Positions 1 to 19,200 of a stretch of 64,000 nt of DNA are shown in pieces. Location: positions 69,316,001 to 69,380,000 of the forward strand of contig OZ024744.1 in NCBI GenBank assembly GCA_964016885.1, read 5' to 3'. Every line of letters begins with the position of its first letter. Position 1 is the first letter of the stretch. The notes beneath the pieces are model-generated. The model ran no database searches and was not told the origin of the DNA. It saw only the letters and a list, made by a program, of their open reading frames with translations. This DNA is from Eledone cirrhosa (taxonomy: Eukaryota). A program made the position numbers and the translations under genes.

Positions 1-3000
1 TACACTGATATAGACATACACAGACTCAGACATACACTGACAGAGACATACACTGACACAGACATACACTGACATAGACATACACCGACATAGACATACA
101 AAGATTCAGACATACACTGACATAGACATACACAGACATAGATATACACTGGCATAGACATACACTGACACAGGCATAACACTGACACAGACATACACTG
201 ACACAACATACACTGCCACATACATACACTGACATAGACATACACAGACACTGACATACACTGACACAGACATACACTGACATAGACATACACAGACTCA
301 GACATACACTGACATAGACATACACTGACATAGACATACACAGACTCAGACATACACAGATATACACTGACATATACATACACAGACTAAGACATACACT
401 GACACAGACATACACTGACATAGACATACACAGACATAGATATACACTGACACAGACATACACTGACATAGACATACACAGACTCAGACATACACTGACA
501 TAGACATACACTGACATAGACATACACTGGCATAGACATACTCTGACACATACGTACACTGACACAGACATACACTGACATAGACATAAACTGACATAGA
601 CATACACAGACACAGACATACACTGACACAGACATACACATACTCAGACATACACAGACACAGACATACACTGACATAGACATACACTGACATAGACATA
701 CACAGACATAGATATACACAGACACAGACTTACACTGACACAGACATACACTGACACAGACATACGCTGACACAGACATACACTGACTCAGACATACACA
801 GACTCAGACATACACAGACTCAGACATACACTGACACAGAGATACACTGATACCGACATACACTAGCACAGACATACACTGACACAGACATACACTGACA
901 CAGACATACACTGACTCAGACATACACTGACACAGACATACACTGACACATACATACACTGACACAGACATACACTGATACAGACATACACTGACATAGA
1001 CATACTCTGACTCAGACATACACAGACTCAGACATACACAGACTCAGACATACACTGACACAGACATACACTGACACAGACATACACTGACTCAGACATA
1101 CATTGACACAGACATACACTGACATAGACATACACTGACATAGACATACACAGACTCAGACATACACAGACATACACGGACATAGACATACACCGACATA
1201 GACATACACAGACTCAGACATACACAGACATACACTGACACAGACATAATCTGACATAGACATACACAGACTCAGACATACACTGACATAGACATACACA
1301 GACTCAGACATACACTGACACAGACATACACTGACATAGACATACACAGACACAGTCATACACTGGCATAGACATACACTGACACAGACATACACTGACA
1401 TAGACATACACTGACATAGACATACACAGACTCAGACATACATGGGCATAGACATACACAGACTCAGACATACACTGACAGAGACGTACACTGACACAGA
1501 CATACACTGACATAGACATACACTGACATAGACATACACAGAGTCAGACATACACTGACATAGACATACACTGACATAGACATACACAGACATAGATATA
1601 CACTGGCATAGACATACACTGACACAGATATAACACTGACACAGACATACACTGACACAACATACACTGCCACATACATACACTGACATAGACATACACA
1701 GACACTGACATACACTGACACAGACATACACTGACATAGACATACACAGACTCAGACATACACTGACATAGACATACACTGACATAGACATACACAGACT
1801 CAGACATACACAGATATACACTGACATATACATACACAGACTAAGACATACACTGACACGGACATACACTGACATAGACATACACAGACATAGGTATACA
1901 CTGACACAGACATACACTGACATAGACATACACAGACTCAGACATACACTGACATAGACATACACTGACATAGACATACACTGGCATAGACATACGCTGA
2001 CACATACGTACACTGACACAGACATACACTGACATAGACATACACTGACAGAGACATACACTGACATAGACATACACTGACACAGACATACACTGAAATA
2101 GACATACACAGACTCAGACATACACTGACATAGACATACACTGACATAGACATACACAGAGCCAGACATACACAGACATACACTGACATATACATACACA
2201 GACTAAGACATACACTGACACAGACATACACTGACATAGACATACACAGACATAGATATACACTGGCATAGACATACACTGACACAGACATAACACTGAC
2301 ACAAACATACACTGACACAACATACACTGTCACATACATACGCTGACATAGACATACACAGACACTGACATACACTGACACAGACATACAATGACATAGA
2401 CATGAACATAATCAGACATACACTGACATAGACATACACTGACATAGACATACACAGACTCAGACATACACTGACATAGACATACACTGACATAGACATA
2501 CACTGACATAGACATACACAGAGTCAGACATACACAGATATACACTGACATATACATACACAGACTAAGACATACACTGACACAGACATACACTGACATA
2601 GACATACACAGACATAGATATACACTGACACAGACATACACTGACATAGATATACACAGACTCAGACATACACTGACATAGACATACACAGACACAGACA
2701 TACACTGACACAGACATACACTTACACAGACATACACTGATACAGACATACACTGACACAGACATACACTGACAGAGACATACACTGACTTAGACATACA
2801 CTGACATAGACATACACTGACACAGACATACACTGACTCAGACATACACAGACTCAGACATACACAGACTCAGACATACACTGACACAGAGATACACTGA
2901 TACCGACATACACTAGCACAGACATACACTGACACAGACATACACTGACACAGACATACACTGACTCAGACATACACTGACACAGACATACACTGACACA

Positions 3001-6000
3001 TACATACACTGACACAGACATACACTGATACAGACATACACTGACACAGACATACACTGACTCAGACATACACAGACTCAGACATACACAGACTCAGACA
3101 TACACTGACACAGACATACACTGACACAGACAAACACTGACTCAGACATACATTGACACAGACATACACTGACATAGACATACACTGACATAGACATACA
3201 CAGACTCAGACATACACAGACATACACGGACATAGACATACACCGACATAGACATACACAGAGTCAGACATACACTGACATAGACATACACAGACACAGA
3301 CATACACTGGCATAGACATACACTGACACAGCCATACACTGACATAGACATACACTGACATAGACATACACAGACTCAGACATACACAGACACAGACATA
3401 CACTGACACAGACATAATCTGACATAGACATACACAGACTCAGACATACACTGTCATAGACATACACAGACTCAGACATACACTGACACAGACATACACT
3501 GACATAGACATACACAGACACAGACATACACTGGCATAGACATACACTGACACAGACATACACTGACATAGACATACACTGACATAGACAGACACAGACT
3601 CAGACATACATGGGCATAGACATACACAGACTCAGACATACACTGACAGAGACGTACACTGACACAGACATACACTGACATAGACATACACTGACATAGA
3701 CATACACAGAGTCAGACATACACTGACATAGACATACACTGACATAGACATACACAGACATAGATATACACTGGCATAGACATACACTGACACAGATATA
3801 ACACTGACACAGACATACTATGACACAACATACACTGCCACATACATACACTGACATAGACATACACAGACACTGACATACACTGACACAGACATACACT
3901 GACATAGACATACACAGACTCAGACATACACTGACATAGACATACACTGACATAGACATACACAGACTCAGACATACACAGATATACACTGACATATACA
4001 TACACAGACTAAGACATACACTGACACGTACATACACTGACATAGACATACACAGACATAGATATACACTGACACAGACATACACTGACATAGACATACA
4101 CAGACTCAGACATACACTGACATAGACATACACTGACATAGACATACACTGGCATAGACATACACTGACACAGACATACACTGACATAGACATACACAGA
4201 CTCAGACATACACTGACACAGACATACACTGACATAGACATACACTGACACAGACATACACTGACATAGACATACACAGACTCAGACATTCATGGGCATA
4301 GACATACACAGACTCAGACATACACAGACTCAGACATACACTGATATAGACATACACTGACACAGACATACACTGGCATAGACATACACTGACACAGACA
4401 TACACTGATATAGACATACACAGACTCAGACATACACTGACAGAGACATACACTGACACAGACATACACTGACATAGACATACACTGACATAGACATACA
4501 CAGACTCAGACATACACTGACATAGACATACACTGACATAGACATACACAGAGTCAGACATACACAGACATACACTGACATATACATACACAGACTAAGA
4601 CATACACTGACACAGACATACACTGACATAGACATACACAGACATAGATATACACTGGCATAGACATACGCTGACACAGACATAACACTGACACAGACAA
4701 ACACTGACACAACATACACTGTCACATACATACGCTGACATAGACATACACAGACACTGACATACACTGACACAGACATACAATGACATAGACATGAACA
4801 TAATCAGACATACACTGACATAGACATACACTGACATAGACATACACAGACTCAGACATACACTGACATAGACATACACTGACATAGACATACACTGACA
4901 TAGACATACACAGAGTCAGACATACACAGATATACACTGACATATACATACACAGACTAAGACATACACTGACACAGACATACACTGACATAGACATACA
5001 CAGACATAGATATACACTGACACAGACATACACTGACATAGATATACACAGACTCAGACATACACTGACATAGACATACACAGACATAGATATACACTGA
5101 CACAGACATACACTGACTCAGACATACACAGACACAGACATACACTGACACAGACATACACTGACACAGACATACACTGATACAGACATACACTGAGACA
5201 GACATACACTGACAGAGACATACACTGACATAGACATACACTGACATAGACATACACTGACACAGACATACACTGTCACATACATACACTGACACAAAGA
5301 CATACACTGACATGGACATACACTGACACAGACATACACTGGCATAGACATACACTGACACAGACATACACTGACATAGACATATACTGACATAGACATA
5401 CACAGACTCAGACATACACAGACACAGACATACACTGACACAGACATACACTGACATAGACATACACAGACTCAGACATACACTGACATAGACATACACA
5501 GACTCAGACATACACTGACACAGACATACACTGACATAGACATACACAGACTCAGACATACAAAGACATACACAGACATAGATATACACTGACACAGACA
5601 TACTCTGACATAAACATACACTGACATAGACATACACTGACACAGACATACACTGACATAGACATACACTGACATAGACATACACATACATAGATATACA
5701 CTGACACAGACATACACTGACATAGACATACACAGACTCAGACATACACTGACAGAGACATACACTGACACAGACATACAGTGACATAGACATACACCGA
5801 CATAGACATACACAGAGTCAGACATACACTGACATAGACATACACAGACATAGATATACACTGGCATAGACATACACTGACACAGACATAACACTGACAC
5901 AGACATACACTGACACAACATACACTGCCACATACATACACTGACATAGACATACACAGACTCAGACATACACTGACATAGACATACACTGACATAGACA

Positions 6001-9000
6001 TACACAGACTCAGACATACACAGATATACACTGACATATACATACACAGACTAAGACATACACTGACACAGACATACACTGACATAGACATACACAGACA
6101 TAGATATACACTGACACAGACATACACTGACATAGACATACACAGACTCAGACATACACTGACATAGACATACACTGACATAGACATACACTGGCATAGA
6201 CATACACTGACACATACGTACACTGACACAGACATACACTGACATAGACATAAACTGACATAGACATACACAGACATAGACATACACTGACACAGACATA
6301 CACATACTCAGACATACACAGACACAGACATACACTGACACAGACATACACTGACACAGACATACACTGACATAGACATGCACTGACACAGACATACACT
6401 GACATAGACATACACTGACATAGACATACACAGACTCAGACATACACTGACATAGACATACACAGACTCAGACATACACTGACACAGACATACACTGACA
6501 TAGACATACACAGACTCAGACATACAAAGACATACACAGACATAGATATACACTGACACAGACATACACTGACATAAACATACACTGACATGGACATACA
6601 CTGACACAGACATACACTGACATAGACATACACTGACATAGACATACACAGACATAGATATACACTGACACAGACTTACACTGACACAGACATACACTGA
6701 CACAGACCTACGCTGACACAGACATACACTGACTCAGACATACACAGACTCAGACATACACAGACTCAGACATACACTGACACAGAGATACACTGATACA
6801 GACATACACTAGCACAGACATACACTGACATAGACATACACTGACACATACATACACTGACACAGACATACACTGATACAGCCATACACTGACACAGACA
6901 TACACTGACTCAGACATACACAGACTCAGACATACACAGACTCAGACATACACTGACACAGACATACACTGACTCAGACATACATTGACACAGACATACA
7001 CTGACATGGACATACACTGACATAGACATACACAGACTCAGACATACACAGACATACACGGACATAGACATACACCGACATAGACATACACAGAGTCAGA
7101 CATAGACTGACATAGACATATACAGACATAGATATACACTGACATAGACATACACTGACACAGACATACACTGTCACATACATACACTGACACAGACATA
7201 CACTGACATAGACATACACTGACACAGACATACACTGGCATAGACATACACTGACACAGACATACACTGACATAGACATACACTGACATAGACATACACA
7301 GACTCAGACATACACTGACATAGACATACACAGACTCAGACATACACTGACACAGACATACACTGATATAGACATACACAGACTCAGACATACAAAGACA
7401 TACACAGACATAGATATACACTGACACAGACATACACTGATATAAACATACACTGACATAGACATACACTGACACAGACATACACTGACATAGACATACA
7501 CTGACACAGACATACACAGACATAGATATACACTGACTCACACATACACTGACATAGACATACACTGACAGAGACATACACTGACATAGACATACACTGA
7601 CACAGACATACACTGACATAGACATACACTGACATAGACATACACTGACATAGACATACACTGACATAGACATACACAGACTCAGACATACACTGACATA
7701 GACATACACAGACTCAGACATACACTGACACAGACATACACTGTCATAGACATACACTGACACATACATACACTTGCATAGACATACACTGACATAGACA
7801 TACACTGACACATACATACACTGACATAGACATACACTGAGACAGACAAGCTCTGACACAGACATACACTGACACATACATACACTGACATAGACATACA
7901 CAGACTCAGACATACACTGACATAGACGTACACTGACATAGACATACACTGACACAGACATACACTGGCATAGACATACACTGTCACATACATACACTGA
8001 CATAGATATACACTGACGCAGACATACACTGACACAGATATACACTGACATAGACATACACAGATTCAGACATACACTGACATAGACATACACTCATACA
8101 GACATACACTGATACAGACATACACTGACATAGACATACACTGACACAGACATACACATACTCAGACATACACTGACACAGACATACTCTGACACAGACA
8201 TACACTGACATAGACATACACAGACTCAGACATACACTGACACAGACATACACTGTCATAGACATACACAGACTCAGACATACACTGACATAGACATACA
8301 CTGACATAGACATACACTGACACAGACATACACTGGCATAGACATACACTGTCACATACATACACTGACATAGACATACACATACTCAGACATACACTGA
8401 CATAGACATACACTGACATAGAAATACACTGACACAGACATACACTGACATAGACATACAATGACACAGACATACACTGACATAGACATATACTGGCATA
8501 GACATACACAGACACAGACATACACTGACATAGACATACACTGACACAGACATACACTGACATAGACATACACTGACACAGACATACACTGACATAGACA
8601 AACACTGACACAGACATACACTGACATAGACATACACAGACTCAGACATACACTGACACAGACATACACTGACACAGACATACACTGGCATAGGCATACA
8701 CTGACACAGACATACACTGACATAGACATACACTGACACAGACATACACTGACATAGACATACACAGACTCAGACATACACTGACACAGACATACACTGG
8801 CATAGACATACACTGACACGGACATACACTGACATAGACATACACTGACACAGACATACACTGACATAGACATACACAGACTCAGACTTTCATGGGCATA
8901 CACATACACAGACTCAGACATACACTGACATAGACATACACTGACACAGACATACACTGACATAGACATACACTGACATAGACATACACAGACTCAGACA

Positions 9001-12000
9001 TACACTGACATAGACATACACTGACATAGACATACACAGAGTCAGACATACACAGACATACACTGACATATACATACACAGACTAAGACATACACTGACA
9101 CAGACATACACTGACATAGACATACACAGACATAGATATACACTGGCATAGACATACACTGACACAGACATAACACTGACACAGACATACACTGACACAA
9201 CATACACTGTCACATACATACGCTGACATAGACATACACAGACACTGACATACACTGACACAGACATACACTGACATAGACATGAACATAATCAGACATA
9301 CACTGACATAGGTATACACTGACACAGACATACACTGACATAGACATACACAGACTCAGACATACACTGACATAGACATACACCGACATAGATATACACT
9401 GACTCAGACATACACTGGCATAGACATACACTGACACAGACATACACTGACATAGACATACACTGACATTGACATACACTGACATAGACATACACTTAGA
9501 CAGACATACACTGGCATAGACATACACTGACACAGACATACACTGACATAGACATACACTGACATTGACATACACAGACTCAGACATACACAGACACAGT
9601 CATACACTGACACAGACATACACTGACATAGACATACACAGACTCAGACATACACTGACATAGACATACACAGACACAGACATACACTGACACAGACATA
9701 CACTGACATAGACATACACAGACACAGACATACAAAGACATACACAGACATAGATATACACTGACACAGACATACACTGACATAAACATACACTGACATA
9801 GACATACACTGACACAGACATACACTGACATAGACATACACTGACATAGACATACACAGACATAGATATACACTGACACAGACATACACTGACATAGACA
9901 TACACAGACTCAGACATACACTGACATAGACATACACTGACACAGACATACACTGACATAGACATACACAGACTCAGACATACATGGGCATAGACATACA
10001 CAGACTCAGACATACACTGATATAGACATACACAGACTCAGACATACACTGACAGAGACATACACTGACACAGACATACACTGACATAGACATACACCGA
10101 CATAGACATACAAAGATTCAGACATACACTGACATAGACATACACAGACATAGATATACACTGGCATAGACATACACTGACACAGGCATAACACTGACAC
10201 AGACATACACTGACACAACATACACTGCCACATACATACACTGACATAGACATACACAGACACTGACATACACTGACACAGACATACACTGACATAGACA
10301 TACACAGACTCAGACATACACTGACATAGACATACACTGACATAGACATACACAGACTCAGACATACACAGATATACACTGACATATACATACACAGACT
10401 AAGACATACACTGACACAGACATACACTGACATAGACATACACAGACATAGATATACACTGACACAGACATACACTGACATAGACATACACAGACTCAGA
10501 CATACACTGACATAGACATACACTGACATAGACATACACTGGCATAGACATACTCTGACACATACGTACACTGACACAGACATACACTGACATAGACATA
10601 AACTGACATAGACATACACAGACACAGACATACACTGACACAGACATACACATACTCAGACATACACAGACACAGACATACACTGACATAGACATACACT
10701 GACATAGACATACACAGACATAGATATACACAGACACAGACTTACACTGACACAGACATACACTGACACAGACATACGCTGACACAGACATACACTGACT
10801 CAGACATACACAGACTCAGACATACACAGACTCAGACATACACTGACACAGAGATACACTGATACCGACATACACTAGCACAGACATACACGGACACAGA
10901 CATACACTGACACAGACATACACTGACTCAGACATACACTGACACAGACATACACTGACACATACATACACTGACACAGACATACACTGATACAGACATA
11001 CACTGACATAGACATACTCTGACTCAGACATACACAGACTCAGACATACACAGACTCAGACATACACTGACACAGACATACACTGACACAGACATACACT
11101 GACTCAGACATACATTGACACAGACATACACTGACATAGACATACACTGACATAGACATACACAGACTCAGACATACACAGACATACACGGACATAGACA
11201 TACACCGACATAGACATACACAGACTCAGACATACACAGACATACACTGACACAGACATAATCTGACATAGACATACACAGACTCAGACATACACTGACA
11301 TAGACATACACAGACTCAGACATACACTGACACAGACATACACTGACATAGACATACACAGACACAGTCATACACTGGCATAGACATACACTGACACAGA
11401 CATACACTGACATAGACATACACTGACATAGACATACACAGAGTCAGACATACACTGACATAGACATACACTGACATAGACATACACAGACATAGATATA
11501 CACTGGCATAGACATACACTGACACAGATATAACACTGACACAGACATACACTGACACAACATACACTGCCACATACATACACTGACATAGACATACACA
11601 GACACTGACATACACTGACACAGACATACACTGACATAGACATACACAGACTCAGACATACACTGACATAGACATACACTGACATAGACATACACAGACT
11701 CAGACATACACAGATATACACTGACATATACATACACAGACTAAGACATACACTGACACGGACATACACTGACATAGACATACACAGACATAGGTATACA
11801 CTGACACAGACATACACTGACATAGACATACACAGACTCAGACATACACTGACATAGACATACACTGACATAGACATACACTGGCATAGACATACGCTGA
11901 CACATACGTACACTGACACAGATATACACTGACATAGACATACACTGACAGAGACATACACTGACATAGACATACACTGACACAGACATACACTGAAATA

Positions 12001-15000
12001 GACATACACAGACTCAGACATACACTGACATAGACATACACTGACATAGACATACACAGAGCCAGACATACACAGACATACACTGACATATACATACACA
12101 GACTAAGACATACACTGACACAGACATACACTGACATAGACATACACAGACATAGATATACACTGGCATAGACATACACTGACACAGACATAACACTGAC
12201 ACAAACATACACTGACACAACATACACTGTCACATACATACGCTGACATAGACATACACAGACACTGACATACACTGACACAGACATACAATGACATAGA
12301 CATGAACATAATCAGACATACACTGACATAGACATACACTGACATAGACATACACAGACTCAGACATACACTGACATAGACATACACTGACATAGACATA
12401 CACTGACATAGACATACACAGAGTCAGACATACACAGATATACACTGACATATACATACACAGACTAAGACATACACTGACACAGACATACACTGACATA
12501 GACATACACAGACATAGATATACACTGACACAGACATACACTGACATAGATATACACAGACTCAGACATACACTGACATAGACATACACAGACACAGACA
12601 TACACTGACACAGACATACACTTACACAGACATACACTGATACAGACATACACTGACACAGACATACACTGACAGAGACATACACTGACTTAGACATACA
12701 CTGACATAGACATACACTGACACAGACATACACTGACTCAGACATACACAGACTCAGACATACACAGACTCAGACATACACTGACACAGAGATACACTGA
12801 TACCGACATACACTAGCACAGACATACACTGACACAGACATACACTGACACAGACATACACTGACTCAGACATACACTGACACAGACATACACTGACACA
12901 TACATACACTGACACAGACATACACTGATACAGACATACACTGACACAGACATACACTGACTCAGACATACACAGACTCAGACATACACAGACTCAGACA
13001 TACACTGACACAGACATACACTGACACAGACAAACACTGACTCAGACATACATTGACACAGACATACACTGACATAGACATACACTGACATAGACATACA
13101 CAGACTCAGACATACACAGACATACACGGACATAGACATACACCGACATAGACATACACAGAGTCAGACATACACTGACATAGACATACACAGACACAGA
13201 CATACACTGGCATAGACATACACTGACACAGCCATACACTGACATAGACATACACTGACATAGACATACACAGACTCAGACATACACAGACACAGACATA
13301 CACTGACACAGACATAATCTGACATAGACATACACAGACTCAGACATACACTGTCATAGACATACACAGACTCAGACATACACTGACACAGACATACACT
13401 GACATAGACATACACAGACACAGACATACACTGGCATAGACATACACTGACACAGACATACACTGACATAGACATACACTGACATAGACAGACACAGACT
13501 CAGACATACATGGGCATAGACATACACAGACTCAGACATACACTGACAGAGACGTACACTGACACAGACATACACTGACATAGACATACACTGACATAGA
13601 CATACACTGAGTCAGACATACACTGACATAGACATACACTGACATAGACATACACAGACATAGATATACACTGGCATAGACATACACTGACACAGATATA
13701 ACACTGACACAGACATACTATGACACAACATACACTGCCACATACATACACTGACATAGACATACACAGACACTGACATACACTGACACAGACATACACT
13801 GACATAGACATACACAGACTCAGACATACACTGACATAGACATACACTGACATAGACATACACAGACTCAGACATACACAGATATACACTGACATATACA
13901 TACACAGACTAAGACATACACTGACACGTACATACACTGACATAGACATACACAGACATAGATATACACTGACACAGACATACACTGACATAGACATACA
14001 CAGACTCAGACATACACTGACATAGACATACACTGACATAGACATACACTGGCATAGACATACACTGACACAGACATACACTGACATAGACATACACAGA
14101 CTCAGACATACACTGACACAGACATACACTGACATAGACATACACTGACACAGACATACACTGACATAGACATACACAGACTCAGACATTCATGGGCATA
14201 GACATACACAGACTCAGACATACACAGACTCAGACATACACTGATATAGACATACACTGACACAGACATACACTGGCATAGACATACACTGACACAGACA
14301 TACACTGATATAGACATACACAGACTCAGACATACACTGACAGAGACATACACTGACACAGACATACACTGACATAGACATACACTGACATAGACATACA
14401 CAGACTCAGACATACACTGACATAGACATACACTGACATAGACATACACAGAGTCAGACATACACAGACATACACTGACATATACATACACAGACTAAGA
14501 CATACACTGACACAGACATACACTGACATAGACATACACAGACATAGATATACACTGGCATAGACATACGCTGACACAGACATAACACTGACACAGACAT
14601 ACACTGACACAACATACACTGTCACATACATACGCTGACATAGACATACACAGACACTGACATACACTGACACAGACATACAATGACATAGACATGAACA
14701 TAATCAGACATACACTGACATAGATATACACTGACATAGACATACACAGACTCAGACATACACTGACATAGACATACACTGACATAGACATACACTGACA
14801 TAGACATACACAGAGTCAGACATACACAGATATACACTGACATATACATACACAGACTAAGACATACACTGACACAGACATACACTGACATAGACATACA
14901 CAGACATAGATATACACTGACACAGACATACACTGACATAGATATACACAGACTCAGACATACACTGACATAGACATACACAGACATAGATATACACTGA

Positions 15001-16250
15001 CACAGACATACACTGACTCAGACATACACAGACACAGACATACACTGACACAGACATACACTGACACAGACATACACTGATACAGACATACACTGAGACA
15101 GACATACACTGACAGAGACATACACTGACATAGACATACACTGACATAGACATACACTGACACAGACATACACTGTCACATACATACACTGACACAAAGA
15201 CATACACTGACATGGACATACACTGACACAGACATACACTGGCATAGACATACACTGACACAGACATACACTGACATAGACATACACTGACATAGACATA
15301 CACAGACTCAGACATACACAGACACAGACATACACTGACACAGACATACACTGACATAGACATACACAGACTCAGACATACACTGACATAGACATACACA
15401 GACTCAGACATACACTGACACAGACATACACTGACATAGACATACACAGACTCAGACATACAAAGACATACACAGACATAGATATACACTGACACAGACA
15501 TACTCTGACATAAACATACACTGACATAGACATACACTGACACAGACATACACTGACATAAACATACACTGACATAGACATACACATACATAGATATACA
15601 CTGACACAGACATACACTGACATAGACATACACAGACTCAGACATACACTGACAGAGACATACACTGACACAGACATACAGTGACATAGACATACACCGA
15701 CATAGACATACACAGAGTCAGACATACACTGACATAGACATACACAGACATAGATATACACTGGCATAGACATACACTGACACAGACATAACACTGACAC
15801 AGACATACACTGACACAACATACACTGCCACATACATACACTGACATAGACATACACAGACTCAGACATACACTGACATAGACATACACTGACATAGACA
15901 TACACAGACTCAGACATACACAGATATACACTGACATATACATACACAGACTAAGACATACACTGACACAGACATACACTGACATAGACATACACAGACA
16001 TAGATATACACTGACACAGACATACACTGACATAGACATACACAGACTCAGACATACACTGACATAGACATACACTGACATAGACATACACTGGCATAGA
16101 CATACACTGACACATACGTACACTGACACAGACATACACTGACATAGACATAAACTGACATAGACATACACAGACATAGACATACACTGACACAGACATA
16201 CACATACTCAGACATACACAGACACAGACATACACTGACACAGACATACA
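1..16250. repeat. ~10-kb higher-order duplication: 1-~6350 matches 10013-~16250
   Basis: Rare variant markers and ORF-track peptides recur at offset 10012 (26 vs 10038). After a 112-bp (7-monomer) indel near 1431-1542 they recur at offset 9900 (1938/11838, 4957/14857, 5738/15638). Confidence 0.92.
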
Positions 16251-19200
16251 CTGACACAGACATACACTGACATAGACATATACTGGCATAGACATACACT
16301 GACACAGACATACACTGACATAGACATACACTGACATAGACATACACAGACTCAGACATACACTGACATAGACATACACAGACTCAGACATACACTGACA
16401 CAGACATACACGGACATAGACATACACAGACTCAGACATACAAAGACATACACAGACATAGATATACACTGACACAGACATACACTGACATAAACATACA
16501 CTGACATGGACATACACTGACACAGACATACACTGACATAGACATACACTGACATAGACATACACAGACATAGATATACACTGACACAGACTTACACTGA
16601 CACAGACATACACTGACACAGACATACGCTGACACAGACATACACTGACTCAGACATACACAGACTCAGACATACACAGACTCAGACATACACTGACACA
16701 GAGATACACTGATACAGACATACACTAGCACAGACATACACTGACACAGACATACACTGACACAGACATACACTGACTCAGACATACACTCATACAGACA
16801 TACACTGACACATACATACATTGACACAGACATAAACTGATACAGACATACACTGACACAGACATACACTGACTCAGACATACACAGACTCAGACATACA
16901 CTGACACAGACATACACTGACACAGACATACACTGACTCAGACATACATTGACACAGACATACACTGACATAGAATACACTGACATAGACATACACAGAC
17001 TCAGACATACACAGACATACACGGACATAGACATACACCGACATAGACATACACAGAGTCAGACATACACTGACATAGACATACACAGACATAGATATAC
17101 ACTGGCATAGACATACACTGACACAGACATAACACTGATACAGACATACACTGACAAACATACACTGCCACATACATACACTGACATAGACATACACAGA
17201 CACTGACATACACTGACACAGACATACACTGACATAGACATACACAGACTCAGACATACACTGACATAGACATACACTGACATAGACATACACAGACTCA
17301 GAAATACACAGATATACACTGACATATACATACACAGACTAAGACATACACTGACACAGACATACACTGACATAGACATACACAGACATAGATATACACT
17401 GACACAGACATACACTGACATAGACATACACTGGCATAGACATACACTGACACATACGTACACTGACACAGACATACACTGACATAGACATACACAGACT
17501 CAGACATACACTGACACAGACATACACTGACACAGACATACACTGGCATAGGCATTCACTGACACAGACATACACTGACATAGACATACACTGACACAGA
17601 CATACACTGACATAGACATACACAGACTCAGACATACACTGACACAGACATACACTGGCATAGACATACACTGACACGGACATACACTGACATAGACATA
17701 CACTGACACAGACATACACTGACATAGACATACACAGACTCAGACTTTCATGGGCATACACATACACAGACTCAGACATACACTGACATAGACATACACT
17801 GACACAGACATACACTGACATAGACATACACTGACATAGACATACACAGACTCAGACATACACTGACATAGACATACACTGACATAGACATACACAGAGT
17901 CAGACATACACAGACATACACTGACATATACATACACAGACTAAGACATACACTGACACAGACATACACTGACATAGACATACACAGACATAGATATACA
18001 CTGGCATAGACATACACTGACACAGACATAACACTGACACAGACATACACTGACACAACATACACTGTCACATACATACGCTGACATAGACATACACAGA
18101 CACTGACATACACTGACACAGACATACACTGACATAGACATGAACATAATCAGACATACACTGACATAGGTATACACTGACACAGACATACACTGACATA
18201 GACATACACAGACTCAGACATACACTGACATAGACATACACCGACATAGATATACACTGACTCAGACATACACTGGCATAGACATACACTGACACAGACA
18301 TACACTGACATAGACATACACTGACATTGACATACACTGACATAGACATACACTTAGACAGACATACACTGGCATAGACATACACTGACACAGACATACA
18401 CTGACATAGACATACACTGACATTGACATACACAGACTCAGACATACACAGACACAGTCATACACTGACACAGACATACACTGACATAGACATACACAGA
18501 CTCAGACATACACTGACATAGACATACACAGACACAGACATACACTGACACAGACATACACTGACATAGACATACACAGACACAGACATACAAAGACATA
18601 CACAGACATAGATATACACTGACACAGACATACACTGACATAAACATACACTGACATAGACATACACTGACACAGACATACACTGACATAGACATACACT
18701 GACATAGACATACACAGACATAGATATACACTGACACAGACATACACTGACATAGACATACACAGACTCAGACATACACTGACATAGACATACACTGACA
18801 CAGACATACACTGACATAGACATACACAGACTCAGACATACATGGGCATAGACATACACAGACTCAGACATACACTGATATAGACATACACAGACTCAGA
18901 CATACACTGACAGAGACATACACTGACACAGACATACACTGACATAGACATACACCGACATAGACATACAAAGATTCAGACATACACTGACATAGACATA
19001 CACAGACATAGATATACACTGGCATAGACATACACTGACACAGGCATAACACTGACACAGACATACACTGACACAACATACACTGCCACATACATACACT
19101 GACATAGACATACACAGACACTGACATACACTGACACAGACATACACTGACATAGACATACACAGACTCAGACATACACTGACATAGACATACACTGACA